Positions 54,553 through 64,000 of a stretch of DNA of 64,000 nt are shown here, in pieces. Where the stretch lies: IMG/VR virus record IMGVR_UViG_3300042256_000013, positions 160,001 through 224,000 of that record, one strand, 5' to 3'. The notes under the pieces are model-generated. The model did no database searches. It was not told the origin of the DNA and saw only the letters and a list, made by a program, of their open reading frames with translations. How positions within the stretch are numbered: position 1 is the stretch's first letter; each line of letters starts with the position of its first letter. The position numbers and the translations under genes were made by a program. This DNA is from a virus (lineage: Duplodnaviria; Heunggongvirae; Uroviricota; Caudoviricetes).

Positions 54553-56694
54553 TTATAGGTCTAATACATCACAAAATTCTATAGTACTGAAACTATCTTC
54601 TTTAACTACACGCAATATTGAGTTAGCACGTCCAATCAATTCTTCACGGTGCGATACCACAAAGATGTTCTTGCCACGTATTGCACTCAAATCTTGAAGC
54701 ATATGCCATGAACTTTCAATACCTCCAGTGTCTAAACCGTTATCCAGTAGTTCATCTACCAATAATAAGTTAATACCTTGGAATAATGACTCGTATGTAT
54801 CACGGAATGCAAGGTTCAACGCAATAATAACGCGAGTACGTTCACCACGAGATAACTGTTTGAAGTCATATGACTGACCATTCAAATCAATATCAACACT
54901 TAAGTCATTTAGGAACTCTACTGTATGTAATGAACCTGATTTTTCAATCCAGTACTGAAGTCTATTGTTCAAGAATGAAATATTCTGATCAATAATACGA
55001 CGACGAACGAATGAATCCTTGTTCATTAGAAGTTTTGCCAAATAATCTTGGTGATCAGCGAGCTTAACTAATTTATTGTATTCATCATAGTCCACATGTT
55101 GGAGTGAGTTCGTTTGTAACGTCTCAATCTGTTCAAAGAAAGGATTTTGAGAGGATTTTTCACGTTCTAATGAAGAAACTAACGTATCGAATGATCGTTG
55201 AAGGTCTTTCACTTCATTAGTACTGAATGTTTCAGTATATTCTTTGATTTCAGTACTTTCTAACTCTCCAAAGAGTGTCATTAGTTCTTCATCATAGATA
55301 TTAACATCTTCTTCAGTACTTTTCTTCTTCAATTCTTCCAATTTATGCTCATGTAGCTTAGCTTCTGATAATGAAGAATAATATGTTACTGGTTTAGCAG
55401 GCATATCAAATATTTCAATATCATTTAACTCAGTTTGAAGTGTATCAAGTTCTACATTCATATTATCTACGATAATTTGAATTTTTGCAATGGTTTCTTC
55501 TGATGTTTGTTTCATATCAGTGTGAGAATCATCATGTGCCAATGAATTCTTACACAACGGGCAGGTACTGTTCAGAATATCAGCTAACTTTAGCTTTTCA
55601 TCTGATAATGTACGTGTCTGTAGAGTTAACTTCTCTTTTGTTGATTTAACTTGCTGCTCTTTAAATCGTTTTGTGCTTTGAATCTCTTTCAACATCTGAT
55701 CAAGTGTATTCCAAGTATTCAATTCTTCATGTAATTCAAGTTCAGCAGCAATATCAAACTTAGATAGGTCATCAATGCTCTTTAGTACTGAAGCTTTCTT
55801 CTGGATTAGTGATTCTGAGTATTCTTCATGTTTCACTGCTATCTGAGCTAAGCGATTTTCCAGTACAGTACGAGCATTGTTGTGTTTGATTGCTTCTTCC
55901 ATCTTTGATGCTAGATCAAATAGAGATGTAAAGTCAATGTCTTCATAATCTGATAGTTGTTGAACCAGAGATTCGATAGTACTTGTCTTCTTTTGTTCAA
56001 ATTCGTTTGCACGAAGTTGTAAAGATTCTATACTTTGAAGAATACGCTTGTTTGAAGCAGTAACAGTCTCTATTTTGAACTTCTCTTGATCTGCTTGGTT
56101 CTTCGTTTCTCTATACATGTCTTTTAGAAGGTTAGCTTTCTCTGTAAGTTGAGTAATACAAAGGAGTTCTTCAATCATTTCACGTTGTTTTTGCTGCGAT
56201 AGAGATAGAAATGGTTCTACGTTAGCATTCATTACAACAATATGTTCAAATAGAAGTTGTGAAATACCAAGAATCTCATTCAAGTCTTCTTGAGTATCTT
56301 TTTTCTCACCTCTGGATTCATCAATTACTTCGTTATCCTCACTTAGAGTAAGAAAAGTAAAATACGTGGGGCTACGCCCACGCTCAACACGATATTCAAC
56401 ACCATTTTTTTCAAAATCAATAACAACTTCGCAGTTTTTAGAATTAATCTTGTTTACCAAGTTCGGAATCTTAATATCGTTACCGATACTCTTACCGTAT
56501 AAGCCAAAAACAATCCCCTGAATGATTGCAGACTTACCTACACCATTTCTACGACCAGCATTGTCGTCTCCAACAGATGCATCGTTGTTTTGACCAAGTA
56601 CTAACGCAAGGTCAGTACTGTCAAGCTCCAGAACTTGTGGTGCATTACCAAAAGAAAAGAAGTTACGCATTGTAATGCGTTTAATATTAAGCAT
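54553..56694 (-). CDS. Rad50/SbcC-like recombination ATPase (T4 gp46-like)
   Basis: NFFSFGN, NGVGKS, CPLC zinc hook, LSRGE, LLVDE.LD..LD, VSH. Confidence 0.94.
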   Translation of the reverse strand: MLNIKRITMRNFFSFGNAPQVLELDSTDLALVLGQNNDASVGDDNAGRRNGVGKSAIIQGIVFGLYGKSIGNDIKIPNLVNKINSKNCEVVIDFEKNGVEYRVERGRSPTYFTFLTLSEDNEVIDESRGEKKDTQEDLNEILGISQLLFEHIVVMNANVEPFLSLSQQKQREMIEELLCITQLTEKANLLKDMYRETKNQADQEKFKIETVTASNKRILQSIESLQLRANEFEQKKTSTIESLVQQLSDYEDIDFTSLFDLASKMEEAIKHNNARTVLENRLAQIAVKHEEYSESLIQKKASVLKSIDDLSKFDIAAELELHEELNTWNTLDQMLKEIQSTKRFKEQQVKSTKEKLTLQTRTLSDEKLKLADILNSTCPLCKNSLAHDDSHTDMKQTSEETIAKIQIIVDNMNVELDTLQTELNDIEIFDMPAKPVTYYSSLSEAKLHEHKLEELKKKSTEEDVNIYDEELMTLFGELESTEIKEYTETFSTNEVKDLQRSFDTLVSSLEREKSSQNPFFEQIETLQTNSLQHVDYDEYNKLVKLADHQDYLAKLLMNKDSFVRRRIIDQNISFLNNRLQYWIEKSGSLHTVEFLNDLSVDIDLNGQSYDFKQLSRGERTRVIIALNLAFRDTYESLFQGINLLLVDELLDNGLDTGGIESSWHMLQDLSAIRGKNIFVVSHREELIGRANSILRVVKEDSFSTIEFCDVLDL

Positions 56695-56706
56695 CCTTGC
56701 CCCCAA

Positions 56707-57738
56707 TTATAGTGAAAGATAAAGTTGAATCAATAATTCATTGTCAATTACGTTGGATTTGTTTTCTTTTATCTGAGCTATTACAATTTCATCAACAGAT
56801 TCAGTGTTTCCAGCGAAATCATCTGAACCGAAGTTGCTTTCAACTGTTTTCTTCCCAGGTATGATGTTAAATTCACGAATTTTATACATCTTACAAAATG
56901 TTTCGCGAATAAACCCTATTTCATCCATAGTAACTGGAATATCTACTTGAACTTTAGCTATTACGTTATCTTCAAGGTAATAAGTTGGTTCAGATAGAAG
57001 TTCTGATAATGTAAAGGTTCTGTATCGTGGTGCACCAGGCCACATTTTGAATTCTGGTTCACCACCATGATCTAGAAACATGATTCCTCTTGCATCATCC
57101 CATGTATCTGAGAAGTTATGCGGGAAACAGTTACCAGTGTACAGGATTTTAGTACCTTTTGATGTAACTTTAGCTTGTCTTTTGTGGAAATGTCCACTAA
57201 AGACATATTCACATCCACTAAACGAATCTTCAGTCTCTTTTCCATGATCTGGCATCTCAACCATCTTATTAAGAAGGTATCCTGGCAGTTCTAAGTGACC
57301 AAAAACATACTTACTACGCAATGAAGGTAGTTGTTTGTATTCATCGTCAATCATAAACGGAATAAATGAACAGTCATCAATTGATTCGATCTGATTAATG
57401 AAGTGTATATGTTCAAAAGCAGATGCCATATTGATGCTGGTCACATCACGTTTATTTTTATGATACATATCATGATTACCAACAAGAAAATACGTAATAT
57501 CGAAGTTCTCATTAAGTAGATTCATGATTTGAAGACCATAATCAAGTGTATTGATGTTAATATTACTACGATTGTGGAAGAAGTCTCCCATAAAGATACA
57601 AGTTCTAATATCTCTTTCTTTTGCTTCGTCGATCATGAACTTTACAAAGTTCACACAATCAACATTATGTTCTTTACTGTTATTCTTTAGACCCAAATGA
57701 ATATCAGTAAACACAATAGACTTATCAAATAGTGCCAT
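56707..57738 (-). CDS. Mre11/SbcD-like nuclease (T4 gp47-like)
   Basis: DIHLG, GDFFH, VGNHD, FGHLE, FSGHFH. Confidence 0.94.
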   Translation of the reverse strand: MALFDKSIVFTDIHLGLKNNSKEHNVDCVNFVKFMIDEAKERDIRTCIFMGDFFHNRSNININTLDYGLQIMNLLNENFDITYFLVGNHDMYHKNKRDVTSINMASAFEHIHFINQIESIDDCSFIPFMIDDEYKQLPSLRSKYVFGHLELPGYLLNKMVEMPDHGKETEDSFSGCEYVFSGHFHKRQAKVTSKGTKILYTGNCFPHNFSDTWDDARGIMFLDHGGEPEFKMWPGAPRYRTFTLSELLSEPTYYLEDNVIAKVQVDIPVTMDEIGFIRETFCKMYKIREFNIIPGKKTVESNFGSDDFAGNTESVDEIVIAQIKENKSNVIDNELLIQLYLSL

Positions 57739-58585
57739 TTTGCTTCCTTTCTAGCATTTTCATCTCAATTTCAATTTGTCGTGTATGACTAGGGTTAAAC
57801 CCTTGAAGTTCTAAGAGATCATCACGAATGTTACGTACATTCTTTTCTGAATTAAGTACAGAACGGAATGCGTTGTTAACAAATGAGGTGTAATATGCGA
57901 AAGGATTAAGTTGTACGGCTGGTTTTACCTTCTTGTACAGAATACTTTCATTGAATAATAGTGCATTCTTAACTAATTGAATGCGAGCATCACCCATCAT
58001 CTCATCTAAGTACGTATAATTACGATAGTTAGGTTTATGAGATATTTCTTCTGCCAATTTAATGAACATTTTTCCAAGTTCATTAGTTTGACGACCATGA
58101 GTTAGGCTGAAACTGCCATCTTCAAGATCGCCTTTCCAATGCGAACGAGCAACTTCATACAATTCACCAGTATTATCAGCGATGTAATGTTTAAAGGGTT
58201 CAAAATTGGTACGAACTTTCTTTTCATTTTCAGTATTTTCAATGAATGGTATATGTTCATTCGTGATTACACGAATAACAACTTCATCAATCTGAATATC
58301 ATGAAGGAGTAAGTTCTTTTCGTCAGCGTACTCTTTTGCTTTCTTGGCAGTGAAAGCATGTTCAGCACGTATTTTGTCTATCGTACTCGAATTTATACGT
58401 TTAATTCGCTCAGCCGTAGCCAGTTCAAGTAATTCTTCAGTAATTTCGGACTCGTCGAAGACGATATAATCGTACATATTGTAAGCATCGTCTAGCACCC
58501 AACAATATGACATTTTACTGATATGAATTTCTCTTAGCAAATCCGCATTATTCAAGTACTTCTTGCGTTTTGGTTTAATTGCCAT
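57725..58585 (-). CDS. Late-transcription sigma factor (T4 gp55-like)
   Basis: YLNNADLL, LGKMFIKLAE..SHKPNYRNYTYLDEM, NPFAYYT....NAF....EK. Confidence 0.88.
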   Translation of the reverse strand: MAIKPKRKKYLNNADLLREIHISKMSYCWVLDDAYNMYDYIVFDESEITEELLELATAERIKRINSSTIDKIRAEHAFTAKKAKEYADEKNLLLHDIQIDEVVIRVITNEHIPFIENTENEKKVRTNFEPFKHYIADNTGELYEVARSHWKGDLEDGSFSLTHGRQTNELGKMFIKLAEEISHKPNYRNYTYLDEMMGDARIQLVKNALLFNESILYKKVKPAVQLNPFAYYTSFVNNAFRSVLNSEKNVRNIRDDLLELQGFNPSHTRQIEIEMKMLERKQNGTI

Positions 58586-58632
58586 AAAAATCTCCATGTT
58601 TTTATATAAAACGATCCTTGTTTTACAGATAC

Positions 58633-58661
58633 ATTATACCACATTTTTATTTTTCGTTCCA
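58633..58661 (-). promoter_or_regulatory. Phage promoter TGGAAC-N17-TATAAT
   Basis: tggaac gaaaaataaaaatgtgg tataat upstream of gp55/47/46. Confidence 0.8.
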
Positions 58662-58700
58662 CCTAATAAATACAGGATAGTAATTTCCCGGAGAACATTT

Positions 58701-59438
58701 ATGATAGATCGCAGAATCAGACTAAGACCAAAAGATGCCGCAGCAAACTATGTTTATGGTGATAGAAGCCAAACTGGTAGCACACAATCATCCATATTGT
58801 CTTTTTTACGTGTCACTAACGGTATGGTATGGAACTATACACCTATCATATCTGAACAACGTACAGTCAACTATGAATCAGAACAACCTATTCATACGAA
58901 TAGTGGTTATAACAACTACAAAAACACATCAAACACAACAATAACCATACAAGGTTCATTTTATGCAAGTACTGGCATGGAAGCTATGTATACATTAGCA
59001 TGTATGCATTTTCTTCGTTCAGTAACTCAAATGGATTTTGGTAGACAAGCAGCATTATCAAGTAATCCAGATTTTGCAGTTGTTGGTGCTCCACCACCAA
59101 TTTTATTGTTAAGTGGATATGGACGATACATTTATAATGACATACCAGTTATTATCAAATCATATCAGTTCAGTTATGCTGATGATGTTCCTTATATTCA
59201 AGTTCCAGTAAATTCATCAGTTGATGGGTATGACTATTCAGACTCAGCAACTCGTGCTTATTTTGAAAACTTACGTAACACTGGAACAACAAATCCAGAA
59301 AATGAAGTTTGGGTTCCTCAAAAAATGAATATCACTATTCAATTAGAAGAACAACCAACACCTAATTTTATGACTACTAAATTTAATTTAAATTCATTTA
59401 AACGTGGTGAAATGCTTCGTAAAGGAGGATACATTTAA
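58701..59438 (+). CDS. Baseplate / tail-tube initiator-like protein
   Basis: YTPII, HFLRSVT, GAPPPILLLSGYG, IPVIIKSY; AATAAATA at 58665-58672; start MIDRR. Confidence 0.6.
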   Translation: MIDRRIRLRPKDAAANYVYGDRSQTGSTQSSILSFLRVTNGMVWNYTPIISEQRTVNYESEQPIHTNSGYNNYKNTSNTTITIQGSFYASTGMEAMYTLACMHFLRSVTQMDFGRQAALSSNPDFAVVGAPPPILLLSGYGRYIYNDIPVIIKSYQFSYADDVPYIQVPVNSSVDGYDYSDSATRAYFENLRNTGTTNPENEVWVPQKMNITIQLEEQPTPNFMTTKFNLNSFKRGEMLRKGGYI

Positions 59439-59752
59439 TGGCATCACAATACAGTACTTACTCACCTTATGCAAAGGTTAAACAAACTTGGTATCTTGAA
59501 TACAATTTACCACAAACTTTAGTACGAGCAGATAGTGATATTGAATATGAAATTCCACCTCAATACAATGAACAACCTTGGCGTTTAGCTAAGGACTTGT
59601 ACGGAAATGAACGTTTATATTACATTTTCTCTTTACTTAATCCAGATATTCTCGTAGATCCAATTTATGATTTTGCGGCTGGAAAAACTATTTTTATTCC
59701 ATCATTACAACGTGTACAAGTTTGGTTAAACGGTTCACGTAACGTTAAGTAA
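59438..59752 (+). CDS. Baseplate wedge protein (gp53 / LysM-like)
   Basis: PWRLAKDLYGNERLYYIF..LN...L.DP. Confidence 0.75.
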   Translation: MASQYSTYSPYAKVKQTWYLEYNLPQTLVRADSDIEYEIPPQYNEQPWRLAKDLYGNERLYYIFSLLNPDILVDPIYDFAAGKTIFIPSLQRVQVWLNGSRNVK

Positions 59753-59763
59753 GGATTTTCAAC

Positions 59764-62169
59764 ATGGCGTCAATTAACGAAATAGTTAATAAAATACAAA
59801 CTGGTAGTGTTAATATTCCAGAACCAAATATGGAAGGTATTAACGATCAGATTTCATCAACCGTTGACAGTTTAAATCAAACTGCACAAAATGCACAAAA
59901 CGCGGTTAAGAATAGTGCACAAGCAGCAAGTAATGCTGCTGTATCAGCCGCAAAAAATGGAATTGATAAAGCAAGTTCTAGTGTTAAAGGTATGATTCCC
60001 GGTGAAGCAAATGCTTATGTTGCCAGAACTGCACAAGAAAAACAAAAATCATATGATGCAAGTACTGACTTATATTCAAATGTAGATTTGAATGCTCTCG
60101 TACTTCCATATGACAATCCATTGCTTGCTTACCATAACTATACATGGAATTTCTCTCTATACACAATGTCACCATCTGAATATGAATTATTTTTAGATAA
60201 TGATAATGCAGATGTTAACAAATATGTTATTGCTCAAAGTGGTGTAACTGGAAGATATAGTATTGAAAGTGTTAAGATTACACAAGCTGGTCCAGCAACA
60301 CCTGGTATTACTTCAAACTATTCCATGAATACTGCTATTATGGAAATTAAAGAAAATGGTGGTCAACACTTGTTCGATGACCTTGTAGTACTGTCAAACA
60401 CTCTTGGTTATAAAAAATTCATGGATGTTCCATTTGTAATGGAATTAAATTTTGTAGGGTATGATGAAAATACTGGTGCACCTACTACAATGAAACCATT
60501 AAACCGTAAATGGGGTGTTAGACTTAATACTATTCAGGGTACAGCATCACAAAGTGGTGGAGCAATCACATATTCATTATCATTAAGTAGTACACGTGGT
60601 GGCATGATGGAAAATAAAGATTGGACACTAAAAGAACCTTATACTTGTACTACAGGTACTTTTGGAACATTTATCCAATCTCTACAAGATCATATGAACA
60701 AAGTAGCTACGGATCAATATGGTTATCTACGTTTTCGTTATGATCAATTTGCTAATGATGAATATTTTAAAATGATTCTACCTACTGAACTTGCTAATAT
60801 GACTATCAACTATGATACAAAGCAAAGTCCAGAAGTTAACCAAACATCTTCAGGTGCAAGTGGAGCTAAAGACTTTACATGGGGTGCTGATGTTCCAATT
60901 TCTCGTGTAATTGATGACGTATTGGACTGTTGTATGCCTTTACATGAAAGTACTGATAAGCGTCGTAATTTTGTTAATATTATTCCAGTTTCTCGTTATG
61001 TTGGATATGATCCTATCCGAGATACCAGTGCTTATAAAAACTTCTTCTATATATTGAAGTATAAAATTGGTGATGTAACTTCTAAAGATGATCTATTACC
61101 TGATTCATTTAATCTTCAATATTTTTATGACAATGCAGATAAGATCAATGATGAAACTGATCCTAATAAAAAACCAAAAATTAATGGTAAACGTTATGAT
61201 TATCAATTTAGTGGTTTAAACAATGAAATATTAAACTTGGATATAAAATTTGACCAAGGATTTAATATTGCGGTAACTCGTAACCCACAATCTCAAATTG
61301 ATACACAAAATACATCAGGTACACACGTTGCTGAAACGTTAGAATTTGCTGGTCAAGAATATAGTACTGCAACTAAAGAAGATACACAAGTTTTATGGGC
61401 TAAATCTCAAGAATTAGTTAATAAACAAAATTCTGGTCAAGAATTAACGGATGAAGAAAAACAATTTATTCGTGATGCACAAGGTGCGTCACAATCTCGT
61501 TTAATGCCAACAGACGGTGAAACTGATCAAACTAATCTTAATTTATCTATGTCTCCAGGTCTTCCATCGTATATAGAAGATTTTAGAAATACAATAGATG
61601 TTGGTGTTGAAGGTACTAATGGTATTGGTATTCCTCGCGTTGATAGTATTCCTACTGAACCTACTAACATTGGTAAAACGAACTCAGGTTCTAAAGGTGA
61701 TAACAGTTCTGATGATGAATTACAACGTAGATTGATTAGAGATAACTATTATAACCGTTCATTCTTAGGAAAACTTGATATTAAAGTAGTTGGCGATCCA
61801 TTCTGGTTAGGATGGGGTGATTATTCTTACATAAGGTATCTAGATAATGCTGCACGTGGTGAAGATATTAATCCAAGTCCTGAAGATATTCATTTTGCTA
61901 ACTATATGACAACGGAAACTTATTTGTTACTAAATTTAAAACCTATTGTAGCTATTAGTGATGATACTGGTATTTTAGAAGTTAATCAAAGTTCAGTATT
62001 CAATCAAAGCTTCTATCGTGTTAACAAAGTTGTTAGCGAATTTAATAGCAATGGTGGATTTACTCAGCAATTAACTGCTGGTTTAGTAATTCGTTCATTA
62101 AGAAATAAAGATCAACAAACAACTGGTACACAATCAGCGGAATCAATTAAAAAGGATGGTAAACAATAA
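59764..62169 (+). CDS. Baseplate hub protein (gp27-like, putative)
   Basis: NPL..Y..YT, YDY.FSG.N, IKVVGDPFW, YRVNKVVSEF..GGFTQQL. Confidence 0.6.
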   Translation: MASINEIVNKIQTGSVNIPEPNMEGINDQISSTVDSLNQTAQNAQNAVKNSAQAASNAAVSAAKNGIDKASSSVKGMIPGEANAYVARTAQEKQKSYDASTDLYSNVDLNALVLPYDNPLLAYHNYTWNFSLYTMSPSEYELFLDNDNADVNKYVIAQSGVTGRYSIESVKITQAGPATPGITSNYSMNTAIMEIKENGGQHLFDDLVVLSNTLGYKKFMDVPFVMELNFVGYDENTGAPTTMKPLNRKWGVRLNTIQGTASQSGGAITYSLSLSSTRGGMMENKDWTLKEPYTCTTGTFGTFIQSLQDHMNKVATDQYGYLRFRYDQFANDEYFKMILPTELANMTINYDTKQSPEVNQTSSGASGAKDFTWGADVPISRVIDDVLDCCMPLHESTDKRRNFVNIIPVSRYVGYDPIRDTSAYKNFFYILKYKIGDVTSKDDLLPDSFNLQYFYDNADKINDETDPNKKPKINGKRYDYQFSGLNNEILNLDIKFDQGFNIAVTRNPQSQIDTQNTSGTHVAETLEFAGQEYSTATKEDTQVLWAKSQELVNKQNSGQELTDEEKQFIRDAQGASQSRLMPTDGETDQTNLNLSMSPGLPSYIEDFRNTIDVGVEGTNGIGIPRVDSIPTEPTNIGKTNSGSKGDNSSDDELQRRLIRDNYYNRSFLGKLDIKVVGDPFWLGWGDYSYIRYLDNAARGEDINPSPEDIHFANYMTTETYLLLNLKPIVAISDDTGILEVNQSSVFNQSFYRVNKVVSEFNSNGGFTQQLTAGLVIRSLRNKDQQTTGTQSAESIKKDGKQ

Positions 62170-64000
62170 TGGCATCGCAACAACCTAATGGTTCAGGAAC
62201 CAGTAATAGCATGGCTTATGCTAAGAACCAGGCTGCACGTTTCAATCCACAATTCGTACAATTAGCTACAGTTATGGATAATCGTGATCCTACAAGAACT
62301 GGTAAATTAAAAGTTTGGGTTCAGAATTCACAATCAGATTCTGATTCTAAAGGTTCATGGTTAACAGCATCGTATCTATCACCATTCGCTGGTAGAACAA
62401 CTGGTACACCTGGTGCTGAATCTTATTCACAATTCCCTAAAGGATATGGTTTTTGGGCAGTTCCACCAGATGTTGGAACAACCGTTGCTATATTCTTTGC
62501 AAATGGTAATATTCATGATTGTTGGTGGTTCGCATGTGGTTATGATGACCGCATGAACACAATGGTTCCAGGTAGTGCAACTCAGTTGATGCCAAATAGT
62601 GGATATGACATGGCAGTACCTATTACTGACTATGACCGTAATACAATACAAACTGAAATGGATCAAAAATACGTTAACGTTCCATTGGTAGCAGGCTTAA
62701 CTAAGCAAAATCTTCTTTATGACCAACAAAAAGGTGCAGCGAACCGTTCAAGTACTCGTCAAACTACAAGTACTGTATATGGTATGTCATCACCTCGTGG
62801 TAATAGTTTTATTATTGATGATGGATATACAGATGCGGAATTAACTGCACCAAATTGGGATGAAGACCCTGATTCGTATCAAAACACACAATTAGGTAAT
62901 GCAGTTAACGATACAGCGGTTGGTCAGCGTACCAATGAAGGTATTGTTTTGCGTACACGTAGTGGTGCACAATTCTTACTTTCAGAAGATAAAGGTAACG
63001 TATTTTTAATTAACCGTGATGGTACTGCACGTTTTGAAATGACTCCTGATGGACAAATTACCGTTCACTCAGATAAAAGTATTACAATTCGTACTGACGA
63101 AGATTTTAATCTAACAGTTGCTAAAGATATGAACGTTGAAATTGGTGGAAACTTAAACGTACAAACTCAAGGTAATACTAAATTAAATCTTGTAGGTAAT
63201 CTTGATGCTATTGTTAATGGACAAGTAGTTATTAACACTGGTGCTGATTTACGTTTAGTAGCAGCAGCAAGTATTCGTATACAAAGCGGTTCCAGTACTA
63301 ATATAACTTCGGGTGACAATACTGCAATAAAAACTGGTTCAACATTTGATGTAACTGCACCTTCTTCAGCTAATATAACTGCTGGTGGAACAAACTTTAC
63401 TATTGCTGGTACAGTTGATAGTAGTTCACAAATTAATGCTCCAGATTTCGTATCACCTGCTGTTGGTTTAAACAGTCATATTCACTTGCATGAATCATTC
63501 TCGTCACCAGACAACCATAGTAACGCAATGGCACCGCCAGTGCAAGGTGGCGGTAGAAATAATGCACAAGCAGCCTCTGCACCGCAGCCTGCGAACGATG
63601 TTGCTCCAGTGACTCCTACCGTTACACAACAAGATAACGTACAACATATTAACAGCACGACCGAAGTTGGTCAAGCCCTAACGCAAGATTTAGTCGTGTC
63701 AGATGGCGGTGAGGATAACACAACCGTTGAATCTTACACAACAACATATGAAGGATTACAACTATTCATGCCAGTGACTGGAACTATTCGTGAGTTCGGA
63801 TATTGGGGTAAAGGCGTTCCGACTCAAAGTGGTGGAACTACTAATAGAAATGGTTGGATTATTCAAGCTAAAGGCGATGTAGTTGCTCCAGATGGTGGTT
63901 TAATTACTAAGATGGGTAATGGTGGAGTTATTATTACACATCCAATTGGTTACAAGAGTATTTTCTATGATATTGACGTAACTGTAATGAATAGAGATAC
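62169..64000 (+). CDS. Baseplate central spike (gp5/VgrG-like), runs off window end
   Basis: Own translation: MASQQPNG...VMDNRDPTRTGKLKVWV...GYGFWAVPPDVGTTV (OB fold), beta-helix repeats, HIHLH tip motif, then M23-like segment; absent from the ORF track. Confidence 0.85.
   Translation, partial: MASQQPNGSGTSNSMAYAKNQAARFNPQFVQLATVMDNRDPTRTGKLKVWVQNSQSDSDSKGSWLTASYLSPFAGRTTGTPGAESYSQFPKGYGFWAVPPDVGTTVAIFFANGNIHDCWWFACGYDDRMNTMVPGSATQLMPNSGYDMAVPITDYDRNTIQTEMDQKYVNVPLVAGLTKQNLLYDQQKGAANRSSTRQTTSTVYGMSSPRGNSFIIDDGYTDAELTAPNWDEDPDSYQNTQLGNAVNDTAVGQRTNEGIVLRTRSGAQFLLSEDKGNVFLINRDGTARFEMTPDGQITVHSDKSITIRTDEDFNLTVAKDMNVEIGGNLNVQTQGNTKLNLVGNLDAIVNGQVVINTGADLRLVAAASIRIQSGSSTNITSGDNTAIKTGSTFDVTAPSSANITAGGTNFTIAGTVDSSSQINAPDFVSPAVGLNSHIHLHESFSSPDNHSNAMAPPVQGGGRNNAQAASAPQPANDVAPVTPTVTQQDNVQHINSTTEVGQALTQDLVVSDGGEDNTTVESYTTTYEGLQLFMPVTGTIREFGYWGKGVPTQSGGTTNRNGWIIQAKGDVVAPDGGLITKMGNGGVIITHPIGYKSIFYDIDVTVMNRD

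Overview
AT-rich (about 34% GC by eye), gene-dense 64-kb segment of a T4-superfamily jumbo myophage genome. Gene content and order fit the Rak2-like group (RaK2/GAP32/121Q/CBB-type enterobacterial jumbo phages); this is inference from recognised protein families, not a database result. The window holds the core modules, mostly on the minus strand. Nucleotide metabolism: RNase HI, DHFR, NTP-PPase, NrdA/NrdB. Replication and recombination: gp41, gp61, gp43, gp45, gp62-like, gp32, UvsW/X/Y, gp46/47, Endo VII, T4-type RNase H. Packaging and head: terminase, portal, protease, scaffold, major capsid. Also the late sigma gp55 and baseplate/tail genes. No tRNA, rRNA, CRISPR array, intron, intein or IS element was recognised. 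Unexplained signals: (1) a ~680-nt, hairpin-dense, ORF-poor unit at 53.3-54.0 kb bracketed by its own promoter and terminator (candidate large ncRNA or R-loop origin); (2) the palindrome AGTACT, about 120 copies by manual count versus roughly 20 expected; (3) 13 copies of a promoter TGRAAY-N17-TATAAT with invariant spacing; (4) a small Hfq/Sm-like protein and a YggL-like protein; (5) two apparent mimics, a 51-aa unannotated peptide copying the capsid N-arm and a protein ending in the tape-measure-like C-terminal motif; (6) a miniature DnaE-like protein, a degenerate second terminase ATPase, and tandem T-holin-like paralogs.
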